Source: Octopus vulgaris
Lineage: Eukaryota
Reading direction: 5' to 3'
Length of the DNA stretch: 64,000 nucleotides
NCBI GenBank assembly: GCA_951406725.2
Contig: OX597822.1
Coordinates: forward strand, 64,604,001-64,668,000
Shown: positions 43,041 to 58,087 of the stretch, piece by piece
How the letters are laid out: each line of letters starts with the position of its first letter
Position numbering within the stretch: the stretch's first letter is position 1
The notes under the pieces: model-generated
What the model was told of the DNA's origin: nothing
What the model saw: the letters and a program-made list of their open reading frames with translations, nothing else
The model's database searches: none
Made by a program: the position numbers and the translations under genes

Positions 43041-43412
43041 GGAAGCGCAATTACCCAGTGCTTAGAGCAACAGATTCGCGGTCATAGGATCGTGGTGTCG
43101 ATTCCCAGACCCGGCGTTTATTGAGCGAAAACACCTAAACCTCCACGAGGTTCCGACAGGGAGTAGACGCGAACCCTGCTGTATTCTTTCCCCACAACTT
43201 TCCCTCACTCTTTCTTCCTGTTTCTGTTGTACCTGTATTTCCAAGGGCCGGCCTTGTTACACACTGTGTCCCGCTGAATGTCCCCGAGAACTACGTTCAG
43301 GGTACACGTGACTGTGGAGTGCTCGGCCACTTGCACGTTAATTTCACGAGCAGGCTGTTCCGTTGATCGGATCAACTGGAACCCTCGTCGTCATAACCGA
43401 CGGAGTGCCACG
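43041..43412 (+). mobile_element. SINE family C-related copy with a different 3' part
   Basis: ggaagcgcaattacccagtg head; ttattgagcgaaaacacctaa shared with 31108-31423. Confidence 0.75.
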
Positions 43413-43850
43413 ATCCGAAATAAATGTAATAAAACTTATATGTGACTCCGCCCCCGCCAAAGATAATATGTGTGTATGTAACTGTATATTTATTAGTGCG
43501 TTTGCTCGTGCCTATTTTGTACCCTTACACACATTCACTTGTTAATATAATGCCTTGTATGTCTTTTCTGCTTGCTGTGTCTCTTCCCACTCTCCCTGTT
43601 TTATCCCACCATCGCACAATCTATTTACACCAGTTTCACCACTCATGCTTATCCGCCTCTGTCACAAATAAGTTCATTTTCAGACCAATGGTCAGCCGAG
43701 TGGACAATTTGTCCGAGTGGACAAAATTGCCAAAGGTGTCGGTCGAGCAGAGATTCCTGCAATAATAAACATAGAATATTGATATTTTTTTTCGGTAGGA
43801 ATTGCAATAAAGGACAGTATCTGTACGTGGGTGAGACGAAGAAAAAGAAA

Positions 43851-43902
<52 letters not shown>

Positions 43903-44077
43903 GAAAACGTGAATGAGAAAGAGAGACAGTATGTGTGCGCGTGTGTGAGAGAGACACAGAGAGAGGACGCGGACGCGTATGTTTGTACTTTCGTTCTTTG
44001 GTTTCTTTTAGCCATAGTGACCAAAATATGCGGGAGCATCGGCTTGTGTCTGCGTGATATGTGCAAGAGGGACGTGA

Positions 44078-44177
<100 letters not shown>

Positions 44178-44459
44178 ATGTGAGTTTGAAGGTGAAGAAT
44201 GTATGGAAACGGTGAGAAAATATAACGCATTAAATTAGTTGTATTGGTTCATATCTCTCGACACATACACACGTAAACATATATTTCATATGCATGTACA
44301 TCTGTATGTCACAAATGTATGTATGTATGTATGTATGTATGTATGTATGTATGTATGTATGTATGTAGATGTATATGTAGGCAAGTATATATGGTTCATA
44401 TCTCGACACATACACACATATATATGCTTTTACATACACACACATACATACATACATAC

Positions 44460-44533
<74 letters not shown>

Positions 44534-44760
44534 ATGTATGTATGTATGTATGTATGTATATGTATATGTATATGTATATATGTATGATGTGAAGAAAATT
44601 GATAGACAGATAGACAGACTGAGAGAGGGAGAGATACACAGGTATAGACATAAAGGTAATATGCACATTTATAGATATAGATAGAAAAATCAGTTGGTAA
44701 AAATATACAGATACAAAAGACAGACATACCTACACATATATAAAGTTATATGTATGTATA

Positions 44761-44773
44761 TAGATAGATAGAT

Positions 44774-44818
<45 letters not shown>

Positions 44819-44862
44819 CTAAATAAATAGATAGATAACTAAATAAATAGATAGACAGATAA

Positions 44863-44934
<72 letters not shown>

Positions 44935-45030
44935 GTAGGTGGAAAGATGGATAGATACATAAATAGATAGAGAGATAGATAGATGGATAGATAGATTGGA
45001 TGACAGACCGAGAGATAAATAGATAGATAA
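44761..45030 (+). repeat. (GATA)n microsatellite, the only long run in this orientation
   Basis: Directly visible. Confidence 0.95.
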
Positions 45031-45632
45031 TTGATTGAGAGATATTCAGATACATGTACACGGATTGTTTTTAATATAAAAAATAGCAAGGGGGTGGGGC
45101 GGCGAGTGAAAGGAAATAAGAGAAGAAACAAAGAAGATAATGAGAAAATAACAGAGAACGGGGGTCAGTTCGGAGAAGAAACAATGAGATGTGACGACAC
45201 GAGGCTGTTTGGTCCAGTTCTGTGCGTCCGTGCGAATATCTGTGGCGGAACGGCATAAACTAACTGTACGGTATCAAACGGTAATGGCAAGTATTGACCG
45301 TTACATGGTGGAGACTGGACATTTGTGTATGTTCGCTAGATGTATGGACAAGACAATGGACATTATTGCAAACGTAAAGTGGATGGGGCGGTCGAGGCCA
45401 GGAATTGGCGAGCTTAATTAGAATGTGGTTGTGTTATATATATATATATATATAATTGTGTATGTATATGTGTGTGTGTGTACGTGTACGTGCGTATGCC
45501 TATGTGCGTAAGTTTGTACACAAACACACACACTTACACACACACACACACACACATACACACACACATACATACAAAGACACACATATATGTACAAACA
45601 TTTACAAATATGTACAAAGAAAATGTGTGCGA

Positions 45633-45667
<35 letters not shown>

Positions 45668-45674
45668 CGTACTC

Positions 45675-45734
<60 letters not shown>

Positions 45735-45754
45735 TATATATATATGTATATGTA

Positions 45755-45786
<32 letters not shown>

Positions 45787-46099
45787 CTCATGTATGTATA
45801 TGTACGTAGAAATAACTATTCTTACGCTGTCATCAGTATATATACGCATCTATGTGTGTGTTAATGTACGCCATAATAAACAGCATTACGGGAGTCGGCT
45901 CGGCTGGCAATCACAGATGCATGCTTGTATGCATATCATATGCACATACCTATAAATGTGTCTCTGCCTGCACATGTATACGTTGATATGTCCTTATGAA
46001 TGCATATATATACATACGTATATATACATACATACACACACATATATATATATATAAATATATGTATGTATGTATGTATGTATAGTATCTAATTCTCTC

Positions 46100-46168
<69 letters not shown>

Positions 46169-46985
46169 GTATGTATATATATATTTATGAATGAACGTTT
46201 GCATGTATATGAGTATATACATGTAAGAATTTATGTATGCATGAATTTACGTGTATATGTATGTATTTATGTAAGTGTGTATATCTGATGAATGTTTGAG
46301 AGGACTGCAAAGAAATTACTTCATCTCTGTGAAGTAGATAAGTAGCGAGGATGCTGTGTGGCTAGGGGCTGATGGAATGTCATATTATACTGAGGGTAGA
46401 GGTTTTGGGTAGGTTTATATTTGAAGTGCATACGTACAACTGTAAAAAGATGTGAGGGATACATCGATAGTAGACTAGACGACAAGGGCCACTAACTACT
46501 TCAGCTGTGAGAAGTTGTTAACCCTTTCAAAAAGCACAAGTGCAATTTTCACTTGAGTATGCTGTACTGCTCACACGAACGATGAAACATCTGTCACACA
46601 TACACACGCACGCACACACACACACACACTCTCTGTCTTTCCTCTTCCTTCTTTCTCTCCCACACACATTTTGAAACATTCCAAACCCCAGGCCACGACC
46701 ACATTTCCGATTAAAGAGAGCTATCAGACTGATTGGTAAGTTCTTACTTACAAACAGGCTACAACCACCAGGCAACCGACGTGGAGTGTCCGTCCGTCCG
46801 TCCTCTCGGCTTTTTTAGCTTTGCTATAACGGTTCAGGTTTATGTGAATTAGTAAGTTTTGCTGGGTAGACGGAAACTGTGTAGAATACATCTAGACATA
46901 CCAGTCATTAAGAGATAGATTTAATGCTTTGTCTGGTTTAAGGTCACTACCGCCGTACTTTTAGCGGGATCTACTCAGCTGGAAA

Positions 46986-47279
46986 GTGGAGGCACATGGC
47001 CTTGTAGCTAGAGCAGCGGACTCGCGGTCGAGGGATCACGGGTCCGAATCTTAGACCGGGCGATGTGTGTTTATGAGCGAAACACCTAAGCTCCAAGCGG
47101 GTCCAACAGAAGGTAATGGCGAACGTCTGCTGACTCTTTCGACACAATTTTCTCTCACACTTTCCTCCTGCATCCAGCAGCTAACCCGTGACAGACCGGA
47201 GTTCCGTCCTGGTGGAGAACCAATGAAACCGGGAAATTGGCCCTTATGAGCCAGACATGGCTCGAGAATGGACAAACAA
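46986..47279 (+). mobile_element. SINE family C
   Basis: gtggaggcacatggcc..gggtccgaatc head; actcagctggaa repeated on both sides (possible TSD). Confidence 0.82.
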
Positions 47280-47734
47280 CTCAGCTGGAAGTATTTGGGC
47301 CACGTCGCCAATCTGAAGACAAACCAACTACATGGAATTACTGCAATAGGACAGCACTAGTCCTGACGTAGGATAAATTCAGTTGTGAGGTTGATAAACA
47401 TTACTAGAAAATTGTTAAGCGACATCTGGAGATGGACATCATCAAACATGCAGTTGAAAATACCTCATATAAGACGAAGCCACACTGAATGCGAGATTAG
47501 AGCAACTCGAAGTTGGAGATTGAAAAAGCCAAAGCCTTTCGATGTATTTTAATTCCAAAGAAAATCCAGTAGATCCTTTATCTGTAAGGTTCTTCTGTTC
47601 AGCCAAATATTCAATGATGATATTTTACTTATCAAGTAGGGGTGTTGTGGGTTATTGGATAAAGTACCGAATTACTGCACGTGGGTTGCAATTTCAAGTA
47701 CACTACAACTGTTTCAATATGTATTTGAACATAT

Positions 47735-48144
47735 AGGTGCAGGAGTGGCTGTGTGGTATGTAGTTTGCTTACAAACCAGATGGTTCCGGGTTCAGTCCCA
47801 CTGCGTGGCCTCTTGGGCAAGTGTTTCTACTATAGCCTCAGGCCGACCAAAGCCTTGTGAGTGGATCTGATAGACGGAGACAGAAAAGAAGCCTGTCGTA
47901 TGTGTGTATATGTATATATATGTATATGTGTGTATGTGTGTCTGTGCGTCTGTTTGTCCCCCCAACATCGCTTGACAACCGATGCTGGTGTGTTTACGTC
48001 CCCGTACCCTAGCGGTTCGGCAAAAGGGTCCGATAGAAATAAGTACTAGACTTACAAAGAATAAGTCCTGGGCTCGACTAAAGGCGGTGCTCCAGCATGG
48101 CTGCAGTCAAATGACTGAAACAGTTAAAAGAGTAAAGAGAGAGT
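47735..48144 (+). mobile_element. SINE family B, near full length
   Basis: Head aggtgcaggagtggctgtgtgg through aaaagagtaaagag tail. Confidence 0.9.
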
Positions 48145-48188
48145 ACGTCTGTGTTTATGTGTGTGTGTATGTGTGTATGAGTATATAC

Positions 48189-48224
<36 letters not shown>

Positions 48225-48352
48225 AACTTATTAAATAAGGGCAAAAGAAAAATTCTAATACCAAATATGCCGAAAATAGACAAATTGTCAATAACCAGTA
48301 TAATTTATGTGACTCGAAACAAGCCGATAGAAATTTCTCAAAAATTCCGTTA

Positions 48353-48413
48353 TTACCGCATTGGTCCCAATTTTAGAGTTAATTTATAAATATTTTCTCC
48401 TCCTCAGCGATAA
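48353..48413 (-). ncRNA. Degenerate type I hammerhead in a (TA)n-flanked insert (~48222-48660)
   Basis: Minus strand: ttatcg-CUGAGGA-ggag..ctct-AAAA(~GAAA)-ttgg ga ccaa-UG-cggtaa; all three stems pair, two core substitutions. Confidence 0.55.
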
Positions 48414-48801
48414 ATACGTAAGACATAAAAAAAGCAAGCACCAAGTCCTGAGCAGACCTAAGTACCCCAAATATATCCAAAATAGAAAATCATCAGCACA
48501 TCTCGAGACACGCGTGATTCGAACTAGAAACTTTCACAGAGTGAGAGAGTCCGGAAGTGAACACTATAAAATTTACATCTAATGTAGGATAAAATTTTTT
48601 CGAGAAGAAACTTTATCAATGGCCAGCATATTGAAAAATACCTTTAAAGGTTAAAGGTACATATATATATATATATATATATATTGTTATATTTCGGAAT
48701 GGTCATATTGCCAGTTTAGCCAATAAAAACACACGACTATATATTTGGTGTTATTTTGCTTCAGTGATATTTATTTTTTACATTAATCTTAATCTTATTT
48801 G

Positions 48802-48841
48802 CCAAAGTTCTTTCGTCACAATCCTGTGACCGCATCAGTGG
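48802..48841 (-). ncRNA. Degenerate hammerhead in a (TA)n-flanked insert (~48685-49022)
   Basis: Minus strand: cca-CUGAUGC-g gtcac aggatt gtgac-GAAA-g aa c-UU-tgg. Confidence 0.45.
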
Positions 48842-49020
48842 TCCTTTGTTTCTTCTCACTTATTTGTGTCTCTCCTTACTAACCGTCAGCCATTTTGTAT
48901 TTCTATTGTATGTCTTCATTTGCGCAGTTATATCTCTATATGCGTCTATGTTTATTTAGTGTGTGTGTGTGGGGATGCCTGTAATATTTGTATCTTCTGG
49001 TTATATACATTCTTGTAATT

Positions 49021-49096
<76 letters not shown>

Positions 49097-49218
49097 AGTC
49101 ACTTAAATATAGCAATTCTGAAAACGTTGTGTTAGAGTTTAATATACACATGCCTCAGAATAACGAGATATAAACTTAATTGATAAGGGAACAAAAAATA
49201 TATGCAATGAATTTCATT

Positions 49219-49299
49219 AGCTGGCAGCTGTTTCTGCTATAAGAGGTACTCGTCTCTGAGCTTAGTGTTTGTGCTTCACACTATGACTTCTTCAGAGCT
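49219..49299 (-). ncRNA. Degenerate hammerhead in a (TA)n-flanked insert (~49093-49335)
   Basis: Minus strand: agct-CUGAAGA-..-GAAA-cagctg-CC(~UC)-agct; palindromic CAGCTG stem III; stem II irregular. Confidence 0.45.
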
Positions 49300-49764
49300 T
49301 CTACAATACAGTGCCTATATGCATGATTTTATGTATGTATATATATATATGTATATATTCACGTTGTCATATGGCTCTGATTCAGCCAGTTAATAATGAC
49401 TATTTCTAATATTGTGAACGCAAGGTCACACGGTTTTGGAGTGTGAGGTATAGACTATATAATCGGCCCCAGTATTTGTCTTCTACCTATTTCATCAACT
49501 TCCGGATAGGTTAAAGGCGAAGTCGATTCCGGGGAGATAATTTGAACTCGGGAACTTAAAAGGTTACATAACTAAACGCATCTAATTCAAAGCTTCGTTT
49601 TATATCGATATCACCTTACATTTTCAGACAGTTATAATATTATACCAATCACACTGAAACGAACCCAACATAAATAAATTCACAGTCAAGTTGTTGAATG
49701 ACCCACAAAAAGAAAGAAAAAAAATACGACCAACATAATAGAAAATATGAAAGAAGCGAATGAA

Positions 49765-50372
<608 letters not shown>

Positions 50373-50850
50373 GCTATGTTTCTCTTATACAAATCAGCCA
50401 TATTGACATCGATCTGACACGTCACTAAAGTTGAGCTAGTCTTGAAAGATTGTGGAATTGATAAACGAGTAAGGAAGGAAGAGAAAAAGAAAAGAACAGA
50501 AAGAAGAAAAAAAATCTGAGAAAATCCGTTTTAACAAGTGAAGCGAAACTTCCAATTATTGTCTGTGTCCAACATGACGGTTATGGCATTGTCTCGCTGC
50601 AATCATATCTCTGAGATGTATGTCATGAATAAAGATGATAGACTGAGTTATTTACACACACACGCGCACGCACACACACACACACACACACACACAGTTA
50701 CACACACACACACACACACGCTCACACACATTCACACACATTGTGTATATACACACAAATATACGTATATATATGTACTGTGTGTGTATATATATATGTA
50801 TATTTGAACATACGTACCCATCAGAATATACATGTATAAATATATGTATA

Positions 50851-50907
<57 letters not shown>

Positions 50908-50908
50908 A

Positions 50909-50949
<41 letters not shown>

Positions 50950-51116
50950 ATATATATACATATATGTGTATATATATATATATGCATGTATGTATGTGTG
51001 TGTGTGTGCATGTCTGTGTGTGTGTACACACGTATATATGTATATGTATACACACTTATATATGATATATACATATGTGTTTGTGCATATATATATATAT
51101 AAATATAAATATATAT

Positions 51117-51147
<31 letters not shown>

Positions 51148-51306
51148 TACACATATATGTTAGTGTGCGTGTGTGTTCATGTACAGAACGCACATGCATA
51201 TATATGTATGTGTACGTATGTGTGTTTGTTTGAGTGTGTGTATATATATGTATGCATGTATGTATGTATGTATGTATCTATGTATGTATGTGTGTATGTA
51301 TGTATG

Positions 51307-51350
<44 letters not shown>

Positions 51351-51360
51351 CATCCATCCA

Positions 51361-51399
<39 letters not shown>

Positions 51400-51419
51400 T
51401 TATCTATCTATCCATTTGT

Positions 51420-52438
51420 CTTGCTGTTAACATCCGCTAAATGGAAGGCTGGGTATGCCGTGGTTGATAATGCGCAGGGATGCACTGAGACTGCGACATC
51501 TCCATCTTTTGAAAGACGACGGTGAACACGAGTGGTCGCCGTTTCTGAGGCGCGCTTTTCAACAGCTATTCTCATTGACCGAACTGCAATCATGGATCAA
51601 GCAGAGACCGAGGGTGTGCGAATGGCATTGCGAGTGTCGCCATGCTCTTGAACAGCTCTGCTTTTGTCATTTCAATTCCACCAAGGCGTTCGATAGAGGA
51701 CTAGCGGAGGTGAGGTCCAACGACGTTCTTGAGGAGATTTTGAGCATCGACAGGAGTTACAGTTCAAGAAACACCGAACCGACCTGCCCAAGATGCGGTC
51801 AGAAGAACGGAACCGTTCTGCACACTCTCGTTCATTGTCCTCATATTTCATAGCTGTGGACCTATGTCGAACGGCTTGTGTCACGTGTGGGACAAATCGT
51901 TTGTCAACCGAGTCTATCGTAAATATTGTCCGCCTCCTTCCTTTAACCGGGAAGAGAAGCCGGTTTTCATAGTACTGGTGGCTAAGGCGAAAGAACGTGT
52001 ATGGTGGACTCTTTTGAAAGGTCAATCTCTCGTCAACTTTTTGAGGCATTACTTGAAAAGGAATAGAGATGGAGGTTTTATCTAATAAAAGGTTTAATAA
52101 AAGGTGGGGGAATGTAGCAAAGAACGCATGGATGACGGAACCACTTTGAGCATGAACTTATTAAACAAATAGAGAGAGGGCACTTTGCTCTCATTTTTTC
52201 GTTTTCCTGAGGTTACAGTGGATTGTTTACGTAGGTTTTTCGCTCTTCGAATAACTCTAGTCAGTGTTATATTTTCTCCCTCTTTTGCGAATTTAAATTG
52301 TTAAAAACGACACCTTGTTATCTACTTTTTTACACGCCACAAAACCTATTTCGATCCCTATTGATCGGTTTCAAAACAAAAAAAAATTTTTCGTATTGTT
52401 CCCTCTGTGTTCAACCCTGCGTGGCAAAATAAAAAAAT
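51420..52438 (+). pseudogene. 5'-truncated decayed L1/Tx1-type LINE (ORF2 C-terminus plus 3'UTR) between (TATC)n-type tracts
   Basis: PTCPRCGQKNGTVLHTLVHCPHIS (Cys/His knuckle), then PPPSFNREEKPVFIVLVAKAKERVWWTLLKGQSLVNFLRHYLKR, homologous to 7288-7628; 3'UTR ends caaccctgcgtggcaaaataaa. Confidence 0.8.
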
Positions 52439-52521
52439 CTATTTGTCTGTCTGCTCGTCTGTTTGTATGTATGTATGTATGTATGTATGTATGTATGTAT
52501 GTATGTATGTATGTATGTATG

Positions 52522-52614
<93 letters not shown>

Positions 52615-53422
52615 GAACGCTAGTATTGGATTGTGGGAATGAGTGTTCACCATCACACTGGTGAATAATTATCCTTTATTTGTGGATTAAGAAACTAATG
52701 GTTTCATGCCGACAAAATATTTCACAATTTTTCAAGCGAACAACTCGAAATATCGGTATTCGTCTCCGGGACCGGTATGTTTTACTCTGTGTGCTTACTC
52801 TTAATTCATATTCACCTGCTGCAAATTTGCTTTTCACCCATTTGTTGCTGGTAAAATAAAGTATCTCTTCCGAGCAACAGGTTGACAGAATTATTGGAGC
52901 GTTTGAACGAGATGACTTGCAGTATTGGCAGAATTCTTCTTTACGCACGGCATATAATCCCTCAACATTTTTTATTTTTTGGAACTTTCAGAATCTTTTT
53001 TTGCGAATTTGTGTTATACACACGGGAAATCATACGACTATGCAAAAAAAATGAAAAAGACTTCTATTGTGTGATTTAAGGTATATTTAGCTGTTATTTC
53101 TAGCACCACCTCATACAGTCCACGATTGCTTGTCAGTTTTGATTTTTTTCGATATCTTTCTTCCTATAAGCATATTTAATGGTCTATTGCTAGAATTTCA
53201 GCCAAAAATTCGGACTGTCGGTATTTTAAACGGCGATGTAAAAAAAAAAAAAGTTCGAAAAATTAAAAGAAAAATCTGGTGGGTGGGGTGCAGTCGTATG
53301 ACTTCCGTTGTGTAGAACACAGATTTACAAAACTTTTCTGAAAATTCTAAAAAATGAAATAAAGTTGTGAGGTGTTAAATGGCGAGCATTATGCAGAATC
53401 CTGCCTCAGTTTTTGTTATGTC

Positions 53423-53846
53423 TACTCTTTTACTCGTTTACTTGTTTCAGTTATTTGACTGCGGCCATGCTGGAGCACCGCCTTTAGTCGAGCAAATCGA
53501 CCCCAGGACTTATTCTTTGTAAGCCCAGTACTTATTCTATCGGTCTCTTTTGCCGAACCGCTATGTGACGGAGACGTAAACACACCAGCATCGGTTGTCA
53601 AGCAATGCTAGGGGGACAAACACACACACACAAACATACACACATACACATATATACATATATATATATATATACATATATACGACAGGCTTCTTTCAGT
53701 TTCCGTCTACCAAATCCACTCACAAGGCATTGGTCGGCCCGGGGCTACAGCAGAAGACACTTGCCCAAGATGCCACGCAGTGGGACTGAACCCGGAACTA
53801 TGTGGTTGGTTAGCAAGCTACTTACCACACAGCCACTCCTGCGCCT
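53423..53846 (-). mobile_element. SINE family B, near full length
   Basis: Near-identical to the other B copies. Confidence 0.9.
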
Positions 53847-54651
53847 TGGGCTTGAGAATTAATTTGTCACCCAGTTTAACGTTTCCTCCTAGTGGCTTTA
53901 GCGAATAACATTCCTTTGCAAGCATTCCAACCAAGTTTCCTATTTGAGGACAACATCCTGCATTCCTCTTTTCAGTTTAGAAAACCTTCAATAAAACAGA
54001 CACACGGTGGCTGCCATTCTTTCTTTTACAAAGCAGTAAAAAAGAATTGGTATTCAGGTAGGAGCAGACTGCATCACTATCACCAAATTAGGCGACCCTA
54101 CCATTCGTCACAGACGTTGCAGTCCCTCACCTGATTGAATTATAATCAAAGAACGCCCGAGAACGGAGTTTTGCTTTAAAGACTGATGATGATAGGAGCA
54201 ATCCTAATAGAACTTGCAGATTTGAAGATATGCTGGCGCAGCAGTACGATGTTGTGTAATAGCGGAAGCCTGTTGAGAAGCTACAGAAATTACGAGAACC
54301 TCGCCACATGGTTTATGTACATGCAGGCAAAGATGTAGCTAAGAGAAAGACTAAAGGAAAAAAAAATACAGAAAACTACCAAACTGACATAGGTATGTTA
54401 CAGGCTAAGTAGGGAACTTTTATTTCTGGTTTCTCTGCCCCCCCCCCCCCACACTCTTACTCTCTTCTTTCGCTCAATCTGTGTCTTTGTTTCTGGCTGT
54501 CTGTTTGCCTGTCTGTCTGTTTCTGTATCTGAGTATGTGCGTGTATGTATATATATATATATATATCGAATTGTTTATTGAATTCAGCATGTTATCAATC
54601 AATCAATCAGTGAGTGAGTGAGTCACACAATCAATCAATCAATCAGTCAAG

Positions 54652-54691
<40 letters not shown>

Positions 54692-54737
54692 GTCTGTCTA
54701 TTTGTCTGTCTGTCTGTCTGTTTGTTTGTCTGCCTCG

Positions 54738-54777
<40 letters not shown>

Positions 54778-54778
54778 A

Positions 54779-54839
<61 letters not shown>

Positions 54840-55191
54840 GCTTGTCTGTTTGTCTGTCTGTGTCTATGATCATGATAATACCAAAAATGCGACAGTGAGC
54901 CAAAAGTCACACTGGTTTCCAGTGTTTTTTTTTATTGCATTCCGTTTATCATCGCTCTCATATATTACAGTACAAAAATGCTGGCAGGTGAGTGAAGTAC
55001 CAGCTCCATCTGACACCTCACCTTAATTCTCTTTACCATCGTCTTGAATAGGAGAAAGACATTCCTACACAACCCAGTGGTTATTTAAATTTAAAATAAT
55101 AAGGGTGAAAAACTGAATATTCTTTTGAGTAATATCAATTTAAAACCAGTGGTCTAGCATACTGAAAAATCTGAAGTTTCAGAAAAAATTA

Positions 55192-55406
55192 TATTACATA
55201 CATATAAGAGGGGTGAGCTGTAAGTGGATATCTATTATGCTAGAAGAAGATCCGCTATGGTCTTACCACTAAGAAAGGAATGTTCTCAAGAAAGTTTAGC
55301 TAAATTTTCTTGAGAACATTCCTTTCTTAGTGGTAAGACCATAGCGGATCTTCTTCTAGCATAATGGAGGTCCGCTTACAGGTCATCCCTCTTATATTAT
55401 GTAATA
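55192..55406. repeat. Spacerless imperfect palindrome with ~107-bp arms
   Basis: Centre tttag|ctaaa at 55299/55300; inner ~65 bp nearly perfect; outer parts diverged. Confidence 0.92.
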
Positions 55407-55570
55407 CAGTCTAATGGTTATATAGGAAACTACACTTTTCCACTAGGATAACTGAAAACTCTGCTTCGATTATGAATATAGTTAATAACATTGATCGTAT
55501 CATAGTGCAAGATGTATCTGACTGCATATCTTTTAAAGTATAAATATTAGTGTTGCTTGCTTTATTTACA

Positions 55571-55871
55571 TCGGGCTCACAATTATGAGGCCGTGAGTTC
55601 GATTTCTTGATCGGTCTGTGTGTTGTGCTCTTGAGCAAGACACTTTATTTCACGTTGCTCCAGTTCACTCAGCTGTAGAAATGAGTTGCCACGTCACAGG
55701 TGCCAAGCTGTATCGGAATTTGCCTTTTCCTTGGATAACATTGGTGGCGTAGAGAGGGGAGGCTGGTATGCATGGGCGACTGCTCGTCTTCCATAAACAA
55801 CCTTGCCCCGAATGTGCTTGGGAGGGTAACTTTCTAGGTGCAATCCCATGGTCACTCATGACCGAAGGGGG

Positions 55872-55876
<5 letters not shown>
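55571..55876 (+). mobile_element. SINE family D, ends in (TA)n
   Basis: Homologous to 33878-34211; both end catgaccgaagggggtctct followed by (TA)n. Confidence 0.85.
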
Positions 55877-55927
<51 letters not shown>

Positions 55928-56179
55928 CAAATTGTATCTTAAGGTAGCGACTGAGTAGTGCTAAGAGACTGGTGCCTCGGTGGGGGGGGGACTTTCTAGA
56001 TGCTATCCCATGATGGTTTATGACCGGAGGGGGCGTCTTTACCTTCTACCCTCTTTTGTTTCGATTTGTTGTTGTTTGAATATTTAAAAAATCATAGCTT
56101 AAAACAAAAACTTGGCCAAATCATACTGAAAGTGCGTATTTTCTTGCTAGAAAATTTTCATAGGAGTGGGCTATTACCT

Positions 56180-56675
<496 letters not shown>

Positions 56676-57795
56676 CATATCGCTTACAAAAGAATCGGTG
56701 GTGGTGGGATTCTCTGTATCATCGTGGGGCCAGATGCAGGAATCCTAATAGACATCTGAACGAGTATCTTGCTCTTAAAGAAGGGCAGAAGTTAGGACAC
56801 TGCTGTTTCATTTTCAAAACCGATGGCGAGATGCAGCGCAACGCGGAGATTTCTGAGAAATTGTTTCTAGGCTTATATCCTTGTACATGGGGCAGCGTAA
56901 CCTAGAGGCAACGAGATCCTCGCAAGTGTCATTGACCCTGGTTAGTTCTCAACGTGACAGCACAATATAGGTGGTTGATAATTGTACAAATAGTGAAGAA
57001 TAACATGTGGTTAAGAAAGATCGGCATGAACAGACAAGTTCTAATGACCTTTGAAGATCACAGGCACGTGCTGAGAATAAGTGATGAGACTGATGAATAA
57101 AAATACAGTTGTTATAGAATTGAAAGCAAGCGTCTCATTAAAAGCTGAAGAAACTGAAGAGAAGTTAAGACAGCGGGGAGCAGCAGGTCTTCGTCTACGA
57201 AGCACCGGCGGCCATAGTTGCGAGGGCGGTTTTTCTAGTAACAACTTCTGTCTCATAACTACTCGGTTGTCACTCCGATGGCGGCTGGAAAGCCTACCTC
57301 AACCTCGGCTCTAAAAGCGAGCAATGCTGAGGTCTTCTTCATTGCATCACTTCATTGCTTTGTGGTAAGGAGAAGAAGATGGTGGACGAACAACCAGGAC
57401 AACCTTTCAGAGAAATAACTATAGACACAAACTAAAAGAAACCACCCCAAAAGGAAATTGAACTTAAGGGTAGAGTAAGGTGACGGCTGGGGCATCTCCA
57501 TTGTTTTCACAGTGTTTCATGAAGAAAGGAAGGATTAATAGATGCTATAGTGGATTTGTACAAATAATTTGGATCAGATTATGATTAAATATGTAATTGG
57601 ATGGGACCCCTCTGCAAGGGTGGGGGAGGGACTACAAGCAGGATGTTCGAGCCTTTAACACTTTATTCATAACAAATGCGCTACTGAAATCGTAATGGGG
57701 ATGTAGGACGTTTTTGCCTGCTTCGAGACCCGAACTACACTGGGTCTTTTTCAGAATGAAAGATTATCGGCGTGTTGAAGAGTTTGCAAATAATG

Positions 57796-58087
57796 AAAGT
57801 CCGACTCAATTTGTTTGTTCCTTCTCGAGCCACGGCTGGCTCATAGGGCCGGTTTTCACGATTTCCTTGGCGTATAGGTTCCCCAACTGGACGAGACGCC
57901 GGTCCGTCGCAGGTGAGCAGCAAGATGCAGGAGGAAACAGTGAGAGAAAGTTGTGGCAAAAGAGTCAGCAGAAGTTCGCCATTACCTTCTGCCGGAGCCG
58001 CGTGGAGCTTCGCCCGGTCTGAGATTCGAACCCGCGATTCCTCGACCGCGACTCCGTTGCTCTAACCACTAGGCCATGTGCCTCTAC
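57796..58087 (-). mobile_element. SINE family C
   Basis: gagattcgaacccgcgattcc..ctctaaccactaggccatgtgcctc is the reverse complement of a tRNA-like head. Confidence 0.82.

Noticed and set aside
48485-48545. Minus-strand gaat-cacgcgtg-tc..ctgatga motif
   Set aside because: Stems I and II cannot be paired convincingly.
56700-57500. Complex purine-rich stretches (also 53900-54310 and 61050-61450) that may be LINE ORF1 remnants
   Set aside because: No motif could be read with confidence in any frame.
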